Positions 28,640 to 38,884 of a DNA stretch of 64,000 nucleotides are shown piece by piece (the stretch's first letter is position 1; the number at the start of each line of letters is the position of its first letter). A program made the translations under genes and the position numbers. The notes beneath the pieces are model-generated. The model worked only from the letters and a program-made list of their open reading frames with translations. It was not told where the DNA came from and did not search any database. This stretch comes from Shigella phage ESh30. Where the stretch lies: the sequence record ON528740; one strand, given 5' to 3'.

Positions 28640-29557
28640 ATGGATTTAGAAATGATGCTGGATGAAGATTACAAAGAAGGAATTTGCTTTATTGACTTTA
28701 GTCAAATTGCTCTTTCAACTGCTCTGGTAAACTTCCCAGATAAAGAAAAAATTAATTTATCAATGGTTCGTCATTTGATATTGAACTCAATTAAGTTTAA
28801 TGTCAAAAAAGCAAAAACGCTTGGATACACTAAAATTGTACTGTGTATTGATAACGCGAAATCTGGATACTGGCGTCGTGATTTCGCTTATTATTATAAG
28901 AAAAACCGTGGAAAAGCACGAGAAGAATCTACTTGGGACTGGGAAGGTTATTTTGAATCCAGCCATAAAGTTATAGATGAATTGAAAGCTTATATGCCAT
29001 ACATTGTTATGGATATTGATAAGTATGAAGCAGATGACCATATTGCTGTTCTTGTTAAAAAGTTCTCTTTAGAAGGACACAAGATTTTAATCATTTCGTC
29101 GGATGGTGACTTTACACAGCTTCACAAATATCCAAATGTTAAGCAATGGTCACCGATGCATAAGAAATGGGTTAAAATTAAAAGCGGTTCTGCTGAAATT
29201 GATTGTATGACTAAAATTCTTAAGGGTGACAAAAAGGATAACGTTGCTTCAGTTAAAGTACGTTCTGACTTTTGGTTTACCAGAGTTGAAGGTGAACGGA
29301 CTCCTTCAATGAAAACTTCAATCGTTGAAGCTATTGCTAATGATCGTGAGCAAGCTAAGGTGCTTCTCTCAGAATCTGAGTATAATCGTTATAAAGAAAA
29401 TTTAGTTCTAATTGATTTTGATTATATTCCTGATAATATTGCTTCAAACATTGTGAATTACTATAATTCATATAAATTACCACCGCGTGGCAAAATTTAT
29501 TCATATTTTGTAAAAGCGGGTCTTTCTAAATTAACTAATAGCATTAATGAATTTTGA
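28640..29557 (+). CDS. rnh: RNase H / 5'-3' flap exonuclease (305 aa)
   Basis: MDLEMMLDEDYKEGICFIDFSQIALSTALVNFPDKEKINLSMVRHL... recognised as T4 RNase H; ORF track 28625 trimmed to ATG 28640. Confidence 0.9.
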   Translation: MDLEMMLDEDYKEGICFIDFSQIALSTALVNFPDKEKINLSMVRHLILNSIKFNVKKAKTLGYTKIVLCIDNAKSGYWRRDFAYYYKKNRGKAREESTWDWEGYFESSHKVIDELKAYMPYIVMDIDKYEADDHIAVLVKKFSLEGHKILIISSDGDFTQLHKYPNVKQWSPMHKKWVKIKSGSAEIDCMTKILKGDKKDNVASVKVRSDFWFTRVEGERTPSMKTSIVEAIANDREQAKVLLSESEYNRYKENLVLIDFDYIPDNIASNIVNYYNSYKLPPRGKIYSYFVKAGLSKLTNSINEF

Positions 29558-29565
29558 GGTGAATA

Positions 29566-29835
29566 ATGGCTAAAAAAGAAATGGTTGAATTTGATGAAGC
29601 TATCCATGGCGAAGACTTGGCTAAATTTATTAAAGAAGCATCTGATCATAAACTGAAAATTTCCGGTTATAATGAATTGATTAAAGATATTCGAATTCGT
29701 GCCAAAGATGAACTTGGCGTTGATGGTAAGATGTTTAATCGTCTATTAGCTTTGTATCATAAAGATAACCGTGATGTGTTTGAAGCTGAAACTGAAGAGG
29801 TAGTTGAACTTTATGACACAGTTTTCTCTAAATGA
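29566..29835 (+). CDS. dsbA: dsDNA-binding protein DsbA (89 aa)
   Basis: 89-aa ORF between rnh and gene 33, as in T4. Confidence 0.75.
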   Translation: MAKKEMVEFDEAIHGEDLAKFIKEASDHKLKISGYNELIKDIRIRAKDELGVDGKMFNRLLALYHKDNRDVFEAETEEVVELYDTVFSK

Positions 29836-30151
29836 TATTCGTCCGGTCGATGAGACCGGTCTTTCAGAAAAAGAACTTTCAATTAAGAAAGAAAAGGATG
29901 AAATAGCAAAGCTTCTTGATCGTCAAGAAAATGGATTTATTATTGAAAAAATGGTAGAAGAGTTTGGAATGAGTTATCTTGAAGCTACGACAGCATTCTT
30001 GGAAGAAAACTCTATTCCTGAAACTCAATTTGCTAAATTTATTCCTTCGGGTATAATTGAAAAAATTCAGTCAGAAGCTATTGACGAAAATCTTTTACGT
30101 CCTTCTGTTGTTCGTTGTGAAAAAACTAATACATTAGATTTTCTACTATGA
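29813..30151 (+). CDS. 33: late transcription co-activator gp33 (112 aa)
   Basis: MTQFSLNDIRPVDETGLSEKELSIKKEKDEIAKLLDRQENGFIIEKMVEEFGMSYLEATTAFLEEN...; ORF track 29804 (TTG) trimmed to ATG 29813. Confidence 0.8.
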   Translation: MTQFSLNDIRPVDETGLSEKELSIKKEKDEIAKLLDRQENGFIIEKMVEEFGMSYLEATTAFLEENSIPETQFAKFIPSGIIEKIQSEAIDENLLRPSVVRCEKTNTLDFLL

Positions 30152-30801
30152 TTAAACTCCGCATGCCTGCTGGTGGTGAAAGATACATTGATGGTAAATC
30201 AGTTTATAAATTATACTTAATGATAAAACAGCATATGAATGGAAAGTATGATGTTATTAAGTATAATTGGTGCATGCGGGTGTCTGATGCCGCTTATCAA
30301 AAGCGAAGGGATAAGTATTTTTTCCAGAAGTTATCAGAAAAATATAAATTAAAGGAACTTGCTTTAATCTTTATAAGCAATCTTGTTGCTAACCAGGATG
30401 CTTGGATTGGCGACATCTCTGACGCTGATGCACTTGTGTTTTATCGTGAATATATCGGACGCTTAAAGCAAATTAAATTTAAGTTTGAAGAAGATATTCG
30501 CAACATTTATTATTTTAGTAAGAAAGTTGAAGTTTCTGCTTTTAAAGAAATCTTTGAGTATAATCCAAAAGTTCAATCAAGTTATATTTTTAAACTACTT
30601 CAATCGAATATAATTTCGTTTGAAACGTTTATCTTGCTTGATTCGTTTTTAAATATAATTGATAAACACGATGAACAGACTGATAATTTAGTCTGGAATA
30701 ATTATTCTATAAAGTTAAAGGCTTATAGAAAAATTTTAAATATTGATTCACAGAAAGCTAAAAATGTTTTCATTGAAACTGTGAAATCTTGTAAGTATTG
30801 A
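30148..30801 (+). CDS. 59: helicase loader gp59 (217 aa)
   Basis: 217-aa ORF, same length as T4 gp59, immediately downstream of 33. Confidence 0.82.
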   Translation: MIKLRMPAGGERYIDGKSVYKLYLMIKQHMNGKYDVIKYNWCMRVSDAAYQKRRDKYFFQKLSEKYKLKELALIFISNLVANQDAWIGDISDADALVFYREYIGRLKQIKFKFEEDIRNIYYFSKKVEVSAFKEIFEYNPKVQSSYIFKLLQSNIISFETFILLDSFLNIIDKHDEQTDNLVWNNYSIKLKAYRKILNIDSQKAKNVFIETVKSCKY

Positions 30802-30802
30802 T

Positions 30803-31435
30803 ATGAATATAGTATATTGGTTTACATTTGAAGACCGTGTCAAAAATAAGACTCCGCCATACTACTATATCGGTAGTAAATTAAATTGCTCATTTGAGAA
30901 CGGAATAATATATGACTCTTCCGGAAAGGAATACTGGAGCTCATGTAAACAAAAAAGATTTTTGAATGCGCTAATGCTTCAAAAACCGAGCGTTAAAATA
31001 ATTCAAATTGATGATGACTTGGATGTTATTGAAGCAGAACGAAAATACCAACTTGAAGTAAATGCCAGAGATAATCCAGACTATTTTAATCTGGTATATG
31101 CTGGTGGTGGATTTGGTGTGAGTGGTGAAACTCATCCAGCCAAAGACCCGGAAGTTAGAGAGCATATGAGATTGGCTAATTATATGAACCGTGACGATTT
31201 TAGACCTTGGAAAACATCACGAGCTAATATAGAGTCTTGGAAATTATCTCATATTGCTTACGAGAATTATGTGTTATTATTATCCTCTAATCTGTACGGT
31301 AAAACTCCCGGATGGCGAAGAGTTAAAGGTAATATAAATATAACTGATACAACTGCTAAATCGATGGTAAAGTATTTCAACTCAGGTTGGATACCTCTCG
31401 AAGACCCAGAGTATTGCGAATTATGCCAGCTATGA
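30803..31435 (+). CDS. segG: GIY-YIG homing endonuclease, SegG-like (210 aa)
   Basis: N-terminal GIY-YIG-like motif IVYWFTF...YYIGSK; located between 59 and 32 where T4 carries segG. Confidence 0.6.
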   Translation: MNIVYWFTFEDRVKNKTPPYYYIGSKLNCSFENGIIYDSSGKEYWSSCKQKRFLNALMLQKPSVKIIQIDDDLDVIEAERKYQLEVNARDNPDYFNLVYAGGGFGVSGETHPAKDPEVREHMRLANYMNRDDFRPWKTSRANIESWKLSHIAYENYVLLLSSNLYGKTPGWRRVKGNINITDTTAKSMVKYFNSGWIPLEDPEYCELCQL

Positions 31436-31489
31436 GGTAAAGTGTCATAGCACCAACTGTTAATTAAATTAAATTAAAAAGGAAATAAA

Positions 31490-32395
31490 ATGTTTAAACG
31501 TAAATCTACTGCTGAACTTGCTGCACAAATGGCTAAACTGAATGGCAATAAAGGTTTTTCTTCTGAAGATAAAGGCGAGTGGAAGCTGAAACTCGATAAT
31601 GCGGGTAACGGTCAAGCAGTAATTCGTTTTCTTCCGTCTAAAAATGATGAACAAGCACCATTCGCAATTCTTGTAAATCACGGTTTCAAGAAAAATGGTA
31701 AATGGTATATTGAAACATGTTCATCTACCCATGGTGATTACGATTCTTGTCCAGTATGTCAGTACATCAGTAAAAATGATCTGTACAACACTGACAATAA
31801 AGAGTACAGTCTTGTTAAACGTAAAACTTCTTACTGGGCTAATATTCTTGTTGTAAAAGACCCAGCTGCTCCAGAAAATGAAGGTAAAGTATTTAAATAT
31901 CGTTTCGGTAAGAAAATCTGGGATAAAATCAACGCGATGATTGCGGTTGATGTTGAAATGGGTGAAACTCCGGTTGATGTAACTTGTCCGTGGGAAGGTG
32001 CTAACTTTGTACTGAAAGTTAAACAAGTTTCTGGTTTTAGTAACTACGACGAATCTAAATTCCTGAATCAATCTGCGATTCCAAACATTGACGATGAATC
32101 TTTCCAGAAAGAACTGTTCGAACAAATGGTTGACCTTTCTGAAATGACTTCTAAAGATAAATTCAAATCGTTTGAAGAACTGAGCACTAAATTCGGTCAA
32201 GTTATGGGAACTGCTGTGATGGGCGGTGCTGCTGCAACTGCTGCTAAGAAAGCTGATAAAGTTGCTGATGATTTGGATGCATTCAATGTTGATGACTTCA
32301 ATACAAAAACTGAAGATGATTTTATGAGCTCAAGCTCTGGCAGTTCATCTAGTGCTGATGACACGGACCTGGATGACCTTTTGAATGACCTTTAA
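31490..32395 (+). CDS. 32: single-stranded DNA-binding protein gp32 (301 aa)
   Basis: [92 protein letters not shown]... recognised as T4 gp32 with Zn-binding Cys/His cluster and acidic C-terminus. Confidence 0.95.
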
Positions 32396-32419
32396 TAGAT
32401 TATATTACTAATTAATTGG

Positions 32420-32445
32420 GGACCCTAGAGGTCCCCTTTTTTATT
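32420..32445 (+). terminator. intrinsic terminator (ggggaccc-taga-ggtcccc + T6) after gene 32
   Basis: Perfect GC hairpin followed by TTTTTT. Confidence 0.7.
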
Positions 32446-32468
32446 TCAAAAATTTTTCATAAAACGGT

Positions 32469-32499
32469 TTACATCCTTGTCCTTCCATGGTACTATACA
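32469..32499 (+). promoter_or_regulatory. T4-type early promoter (GTTTAC ... ATGGTACTAT)
   Basis: Part of the terminator+promoter module also present at 15011..15092. Confidence 0.6.
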
Positions 32500-32539
32500 A
32501 CTATCGGCAATACTGCTGATAATTAAAGAGGAAAATAAT

Positions 32540-32767
32540 ATGGCTAAAGTTGATATTGACATCGTTGATTTTGAATATATTGAAGAAATTATTCGTAATC
32601 GTTATCCTGAACTTAGTATCACAAGTGTACAAGATTCTAAGTTTTGGAGTATTCAAATCGTTATTGAAGGTCCTTTAGAAGTTCTTGAGCGGTTTATGGC
32701 TAATGAATACTGCGATGGTATGGATGCTGAAGACGTAGAATTTTACATGGGACTGATTGAACAATAA
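32540..32767 (+). CDS. hypothetical protein (75 aa)
   Basis: ORF track 32477..32767 trimmed to ATG after RBS gagga. Confidence 0.45.
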   Translation: MAKVDIDIVDFEYIEEIIRNRYPELSITSVQDSKFWSIQIVIEGPLEVLERFMANEYCDGMDAEDVEFYMGLIEQ

Positions 32768-32774
32768 TTATCAA

Positions 32775-32791
32775 GGGGCTATTAAGCCCCT
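32775..32791 (+). promoter_or_regulatory. stem-loop ggggc-tattaa-gcccc
   Basis: Inverted repeat between ORFs, no T-run. Confidence 0.35.
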
Positions 32792-32812
32792 ATTAAAATG
32801 AGGAAAATCAAA

Positions 32813-33199
32813 ATGGAAATCGGCAAAAAATACGAGTTAAATCCACACCGTATTAAATCTTTCATTGATATTAGTTCATCAAATGCTAATATGGTCGGCA
32901 TCATTCAAGAAAATGGTGGTTGGTTTGAAGTTAAATCAATATCAAGTTTAGATGGCTTTGATTATGTAACCGAAATCATTTGTGCTAATGGTGAAATCTA
33001 TAATGATGATGGTATGGGTGATGATTATTTTGAACTTAGTGAAGAAGAGTTTTATTGTTTCCGCGAATATAAAGAACCAACTTCTGAAGAAGATGAAGTC
33101 AAAGACAAGGTTTCTGGCGTAACAAAAATTCACTGCATTGTTGACGAAAACAATGTAGATGAAATCATTGAACTTTTGCGAAAAACTTTCAAAAAGTAG
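32813..33199 (+). CDS. hypothetical protein (~128 aa)
   Basis: ORF track 32798..33199 trimmed to ATG after RBS gaggaaaatcaaa. Confidence 0.45.
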   Translation: MEIGKKYELNPHRIKSFIDISSSNANMVGIIQENGGWFEVKSISSLDGFDYVTEIICANGEIYNDDGMGDDYFELSEEEFYCFREYKEPTSEEDEVKDKVSGVTKIHCIVDENNVDEIIELLRKTFKK

Positions 33200-33233
33200 T
33201 TTACATCAGGGTAGTAGTGTGATACTATTACCC
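33199..33233 (+). promoter_or_regulatory. T4-type early promoter with -10 inside hairpin gggtagta/tattaccc
   Basis: gtttacatcagggtagtagtgtgatactattaccc. Confidence 0.55.
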
Positions 33234-33258
33234 TATCAAAACTAATGGAGAAAAGAAA

Positions 33259-33327
33259 ATGTTAGCACCTTATATTATGGCAGCAGTTATGTTGGTTTGT
33301 TTATATCTTTTGATTAAAGCTTGCTAA
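33259..33327 (+). CDS. small hydrophobic peptide (22 aa)
   Basis: MLAPYIMAAVMLVCLYLLIKAC with RBS ggagaaaag; speculative. Confidence 0.3.
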   Translation: MLAPYIMAAVMLVCLYLLIKAC

Positions 33328-33337
33328 GGAGAATAAA

Positions 33338-33580
33338 ATGAGATTACAACGTCAGAGCATTAAAGATTCGGAAGTTAGAGGTAAATGGTATTTTAATATC
33401 ATCGGTAAAGATTCTGAACTTGTTGAAAAAGCTGAACATCTTTTACGTGACATGGGATGGGAAGATGAATGTGATGGGTGTCCGCTTTATGAAGACGGTG
33501 AAAGCGCAGGATTTTGGATTTATCACTCTGACGTCGATCAGTTTAAAGCTGATTGGAAAATTGTGAAAAAGTCTGTTTAG
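33338..33580 (+). CDS. hypothetical protein (80 aa)
   Basis: ORF track. Confidence 0.45.
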   Translation: MRLQRQSIKDSEVRGKWYFNIIGKDSELVEKAEHLLRDMGWEDECDGCPLYEDGESAGFWIYHSDVDQFKADWKIVKKSV

Positions 33581-33591
33581 GGGAAAATAAT

Positions 33592-34418
<827 letters not shown>

Positions 34419-34437
34419 AATAACGCGTGGCGGAAAT

Positions 34438-34785
34438 ATGAATTTTAATTATTACCCTATTCTATTAGAAAAAGACACGAAACAGCCAAAGTGGCAGGGT
34501 CCTCAGTTTATTAAAGGTGTCTATCAATTAGTAGTTCCTAAAGACAAGATTTATAGCAGTTGTTTCACTGAATCCGCTTGCAGTATTTTCGGTAATAGTT
34601 CTCCGTATTGGAATTTTGACATAAAGCTGGATAGAAATATCGATATTTGGTTGAAAGCTATGGATATTGGTAATATCATGTTTGATGAGAATAATTATCA
34701 TATTATTGGTCGCTTTTCCAAACGTGGTAAAGAATTATATTTCACACCTGAAATTGAGAGAAAATTTGATGCTAAACCGTATTGA
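34438..34785 (+). CDS. hypothetical protein (115 aa) carried on a cassette inserted between frd and td
   Basis: ORF track; own RBS ggcggaaat; no recognisable motif; not expected at this position from T4. Confidence 0.5.
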   Translation: MNFNYYPILLEKDTKQPKWQGPQFIKGVYQLVVPKDKIYSSCFTESACSIFGNSSPYWNFDIKLDRNIDIWLKAMDIGNIMFDENNYHIIGRFSKRGKELYFTPEIERKFDAKPY

Positions 34786-34830
34786 TTATTTAGCTTCATA
34801 AAATGTATTATAATTTATATAAGGTACTAA

Positions 34831-36011
34831 ATGAAACAATACCAAGATTTAATTAAAGACATTTTTGAAAATGGCTATGAAACCGATGACCGAACAGGCA
34901 CAGGAACAATTGCTTTATTCGGTACTAAATTACGCTGGGATTTAACTAAAGGTTTTCCTGCGGTAACAACTAAGAAGCTCGCCTGGAAAGCTTGCATTGC
35001 TGAGCTACTTTGGTTTTTATCAGGAAGCACAAATGTCAATGATTTACGATTAATTCAGCATGATTCGTTAATCCAAGGCAAAACAGTTTGGGATGAAAAT
35101 TACGAAAATCAGGCAAAAGATTTAGGATACCATAGTGGTGAACTTGGCCCAATTTATGGAAAACAGTGGCGCGATTTTGGCGGTGTAGACCAAATTATAG
35201 AAGTTATTGATCGTATTAAAAAACTACCAAGTGATAGGCGTCAAATTGTTTCTGCGTGGAATCCAGCTGAACTTAAATATATGGCATTACCACCTTGTCA
35301 TATGTTCTATCAGTTTAATGTGCGTAATGGTTATCTTGATTTACAATGGTATCAACGCAGTGTAGATGTTTTCTTGGGTTAATTGAGGCCTAGGTATAAG
35401 GTGACTTATACTTGTAATCTATCTAAACGGGGGACCTCTCTAGTAGACAATCCCGTGCTAAATTGTAGGACTACCCTTTAATAATTTCATCAGGATTAGT
35501 TACTTACCGTGTAAAATCTGATAAATGGAATTGGTTCTACATAAATGCCTAACGACTATCCCTTTGGGGAGTAGGGTCAAGTGACTCGAAACGATAGACA
35601 ACTTGCTTTAACAAGTTGAAGATATAGTCTGATCTGCATGGTGACATGCAGCTGGATATAATTCCGGGGTAAGATTAACGACCTTATCTGAACATAATGC
35701 TTCCATTTAATATTGCATCATATGCTACGTTAGTTCATATTGTAGCTAAGATGTGTAATCTTATTCCGGGAGATTTGATATTTTCCGGTGGTAATACTCA
35801 TATCTATATGAATCACGTAGAACAATGTAAAGAAATTTTGCGTCGTGAACCTAAAGAGCTTTGTGAACTGGTAATAGGCGGATTGCCTTATAAATTCCGC
35901 TATCTTTCTACTAAAGAACAATTGGAATACATTCTTAAACTCAGGCCTAAAGATTTCGTTCTCAAAGATTATCAGTCCCACGGCGTCTTGAAAGGAAAAA
36001 TGGCGGTGTAA
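34831..36011 (+). CDS. td: thymidylate synthase, interrupted by a group I intron: join(34831..35379, 35700..36011), 286 aa
   Basis: Exon 1 MKQYQDLIKDIFENGYETDDRTGTG...QRSVDVFLG and exon 2 LPFNIASYATLVHIVAKMCNLIPGD...KGKMAV join in frame to give a 286-aa thymidylate synthase. Confidence 0.92.
35380..35699 (+). ncRNA. self-splicing group I intron in td (320 nt), lacking an intact homing-endonuclease ORF
   Basis: Begins UAAUUGAGGCC right after exon-terminal U, ends ...CUGAACAUAAUG (terminal G); conserved core segments of the T4 td intron recognisable. Confidence 0.88.
35484..35552 (+). pseudogene. 3'-terminal remnant of homing endonuclease I-TevI (last ~22 codons)
   Basis: Translation IISSGLVTYRVKSDKWNWFYINA* matches the C-terminus of T4 I-TevI; no start codon or GIY-YIG domain upstream. 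Confidence 0.75.
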
Positions 36012-36034
36012 TTTTAATTTAATTGTGAGGATTT

Positions 36035-36298
36035 ATGATTTTACGATTTAAAGATACTTCTGGTGTAGTTCTTTTTACACTTCCTAACCCAAGTGAGTTA
36101 GAAGTTCCAGGACCAAATCAGCCTATTATCATTTATGGCAAAAAATATTATACTCATAAAATGACTCGTGAGTATTTTGATAATAAAATTTCCACAGTTA
36201 AAACTTCTTCTGACTGTTACTACGATATTACTGTTTTAACGGAAAAACAATATGCCGAATTATCACCGCGCGGGCCGTCTATGTCGGGTAGTGAATAA
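36035..36298 (+). CDS. hypothetical protein (87 aa)
   Basis: ORF track; between td and nrdA. Confidence 0.45.
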   Translation: MILRFKDTSGVVLFTLPNPSELEVPGPNQPIIIYGKKYYTHKMTREYFDNKISTVKTSSDCYYDITVLTEKQYAELSPRGPSMSGSE

Positions 36299-36578
36299 AT
36301 ACAAATCCGACTTTGATGTGAATATTCACCGTGGTACATTTTGGGGAAATTACGTCGGTAAAGATGCTGGCAGCCGGGAGGCTGCCATTGAATTATTCAA
36401 AAAAGATTTTATACGTCGAATTAAATCCGGAGAAATAACTAAAGCACATTTAGAGCCTTTACGTGGAATGAGGCTAGGATGCACATGTAAACCAAAGCCG
36501 TGTCATGGTGATATAATAGCTCATATAGTTAACCGATTGTTTAAAGACGATTTTCAAGTTGAGGACTTATGCAATTAA
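36252..36578 (+). CDS. hypothetical protein (108 aa) with Cys/His motif [12 protein letters not shown]
   Basis: ORF track; possible metal-binding motif. Confidence 0.45.
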   Translation: MPNYHRAGRLCRVVNKYKSDFDVNIHRGTFWGNYVGKDAGSREAAIELFKKDFIRRIKSGEITKAHLEPLRGMRLGCTCKPKPCHGDIIAHIVNRLFKDDFQVEDLCN

Positions 36579-38833
36579 TTAATGTTATCAAAAGTAGTGG
36601 TGTTTCTCAGAGCTTTGACCCACAAAAAATTATTAAAGTTTTATCTTGGGCAGCTGAGGGAACATCAGTAGATCCTTATGAATTATATGAAAATATTAAA
36701 TCTTATCTCCGTGATGGAATGACAACTGATGATATTCAGACTATTGTCATTAAGGCCGCTGCGAATTCTATTTCGGTTGAAGAGCCTGATTATCAATATG
36801 TAGCTGCACGTTGTCTAATGTTCGCTCTTCGTAAGCATGTTTATGGGCAGTATGAACCGCGTTCATTTATTGACCATATTTCTTACTGTGTAAATGAAGG
36901 TAAATACGACCCTGAACTGTTGTCAAAATATTCAGCAGAAGAAATTACATTTTTAGAATCAAAAATTAAGCACGAACGGGATATGGAATTTACTTATTCC
37001 GGGGCGATGCAATTAAAAGAAAAATATCTAGTTAAAGATAAAACCACTGGTCAAATTTATGAAACTCCACAGTTTGCATTTATGACTATTGGAATGGCCT
37101 TGCATCAAGATGAACCTGTTGATAGATTAAAACACGTTATTCGTTTTTATGAAGCAGTATCTACTCGACAGATTTCATTGCCAACTCCTATTATGGCTGG
37201 TTGTCGTACTCCGACTCGACAGTTCAGTTCATGCGTTGTTATTGAGGCAGGTGATTCATTGAAGTCTATCAATAAGGCTTCCGCTTCAATTGTTGAATAT
37301 ATCTCTAAACGCGCTGGAATTGGTATTAATGTTGGCATGATTCGTGCCGAAGGTTCTAAGATTGGCATGGGTGAAGTACGTCATACTGGTGTTATTCCTT
37401 TTTGGAAACATTTTCAGACTGCAGTTAAATCATGTTCACAGGGTGGAATTCGTGGCGGCGCTGCTACTGCTTATTATCCTATTTGGCATTTGGAAGTTGA
37501 AAATCTTCTCGTTTTGAAAAATAACAAAGGCGTAGAAGAAAACCGCATTCGTCATATGGATTATGGCGTTCAACTGAATGATTTGATGATGGAACGTTTT
37601 GGAAAGAACGATTACATTACTTTGTTCAGTCCCCATGAAATGGGTGGAGAGCTTTATTATTCTTATTTTAAAGACCAAGACCGTTTCCGTGAATTATACG
37701 AAGCAGCAGAAAAAGACCCTAATATTCGTAAAAAGCGTATTAAAGCCCGTGAACTATTTGAATTGCTCATGACTGAACGCTCAGGAACAGCAAGAATTTA
37801 TGTACAGTTCATTGATAATACGAATAACTATACTCCGTTTATTCGTGAAAAGGCACCTATTCGTCAGAGTAACTTGTGCTGTGAAATTGCTATTCCAACA
37901 AATGATGTGAATAGTCCTGATGCTGAAATTGGATTGTGCACGTTATCTGCATTTGTGTTGGATAACTTCGATTGGCAAGACCAAGATAAAATTAATGAAT
38001 TGGCAGAAGTCCAAGTTCGTGCTCTTGATAATCTTTTGGATTACCAAGGATATCCAGTTCCTGAAGCAGAAAAAGCTAAAAAGCGTCGTAACCTTGGTGT
38101 AGGTGTTACTAACTATGCAGCTTGGCTGGCAAGTAACTTTGCTTCTTATGAAGATGCTAACGATTTAACACATGAACTATTTGAGAGATTACAGTATGGA
38201 CTCATTAAAGCATCCATTAAGCTCGCCAAAGAAAAAGGACCTTGCGAATATTATTCAGACACTCGTTGGTCTCGAGGCGAATTACCTATCGACTGGTACA
38301 ATAAAAAGATTGACCAAATCGCAGCTCCAAAATACGTTTGTGACTGGTCGTCGCTGCGGGAAGACCTTAAGCTCTTTGGCATCCGTAATAGCACATTATC
38401 GGCACTTATGCCATGTGAGTCATCTTCCCAAGTTTCTAACAGTACAAACGGTATCGAGCCTCCACGTGGACCAGTCTCTGTTAAAGAATCAAAAGAGGGC
38501 TCCTTTAATCAAGTCGTGCCCAATATTGAGCATAACATAGACCTATATGATTATACGTGGAAATTAGCTAAGAAAGGTAATAAACCTTATCTTACGCAGG
38601 TAGCTATTATGCTGAAATGGGTATGTCAATCAGCTTCAGCGAATACATACTATGACCCGCAGATTTTTCCAAAAGGAAAGGTTCCAATGTCAATAATGAT
38701 TGATGACATGCTATACGGATGGTATTATGGCATTAAAAATTTCTATTATCATAATACCCGTGATGGTTCTGGTACTGATGATTATGAAATAGAAACTCCA
38801 AAAGCTGAAGATTGTTCATCCTGTAAATTATGA
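36569..38833 (+). CDS. nrdA: aerobic ribonucleoside-diphosphate reductase large subunit (754 aa)
   Basis: 754 aa, same length as T4 NrdA; N-terminal ATP-cone and class I RNR catalytic core. Confidence 0.95.
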   Translation: MQLINVIKSSGVSQSFDPQKIIKVLSWAAEGTSVDPYELYENIKSYLRDGMTTDDIQTIVIKAAANSISVEEPDYQYVAARCLMFALRKHVYGQYEPRSFIDHISYCVNEGKYDPELLSKYSAEEITFLESKIKHERDMEFTYSGAMQLKEKYLVKDKTTGQIYETPQFAFMTIGMALHQDEPVDRLKHVIRFYEAVSTRQISLPTPIMAGCRTPTRQFSSCVVIEAGDSLKSINKASASIVEYISKRAGIGINVGMIRAEGSKIGMGEVRHTGVIPFWKHFQTAVKSCSQGGIRGGAATAYYPIWHLEVENLLVLKNNKGVEENRIRHMDYGVQLNDLMMERFGKNDYITLFSPHEMGGELYYSYFKDQDRFRELYEAAEKDPNIRKKRIKARELFELLMTERSGTARIYVQFIDNTNNYTPFIREKAPIRQSNLCCEIAIPTNDVNSPDAEIGLCTLSAFVLDNFDWQDQDKINELAEVQVRALDNLLDYQGYPVPEAEKAKKRRNLGVGVTNYAAWLASNFASYEDANDLTHELFERLQYGLIKASIKLAKEKGPCEYYSDTRWSRGELPIDWYNKKIDQIAAPKYVCDWSSLREDLKLFGIRNSTLSALMPCESSSQVSNSTNGIEPPRGPVSVKESKEGSFNQVVPNIEHNIDLYDYTWKLAKKGNKPYLTQVAIMLKWVCQSASANTYYDPQIFPKGKVPMSIMIDDMLYGWYYGIKNFYYHNTRDGSGTDDYEIETPKAEDCSSCKL

Positions 38834-38884
38834 TATAATTTGACTCACGGACGAGTCACCAACTATTAACTAAGTGGAAAATTT

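Noticed and set aside
35697-36011. ORF-track start of td exon 2 at ATG 35697
   Set aside because: That ATG is the last three nucleotides of the intron (…CAUAAUG); the real exon 2 begins at 35700 and is only expressed after splicing.
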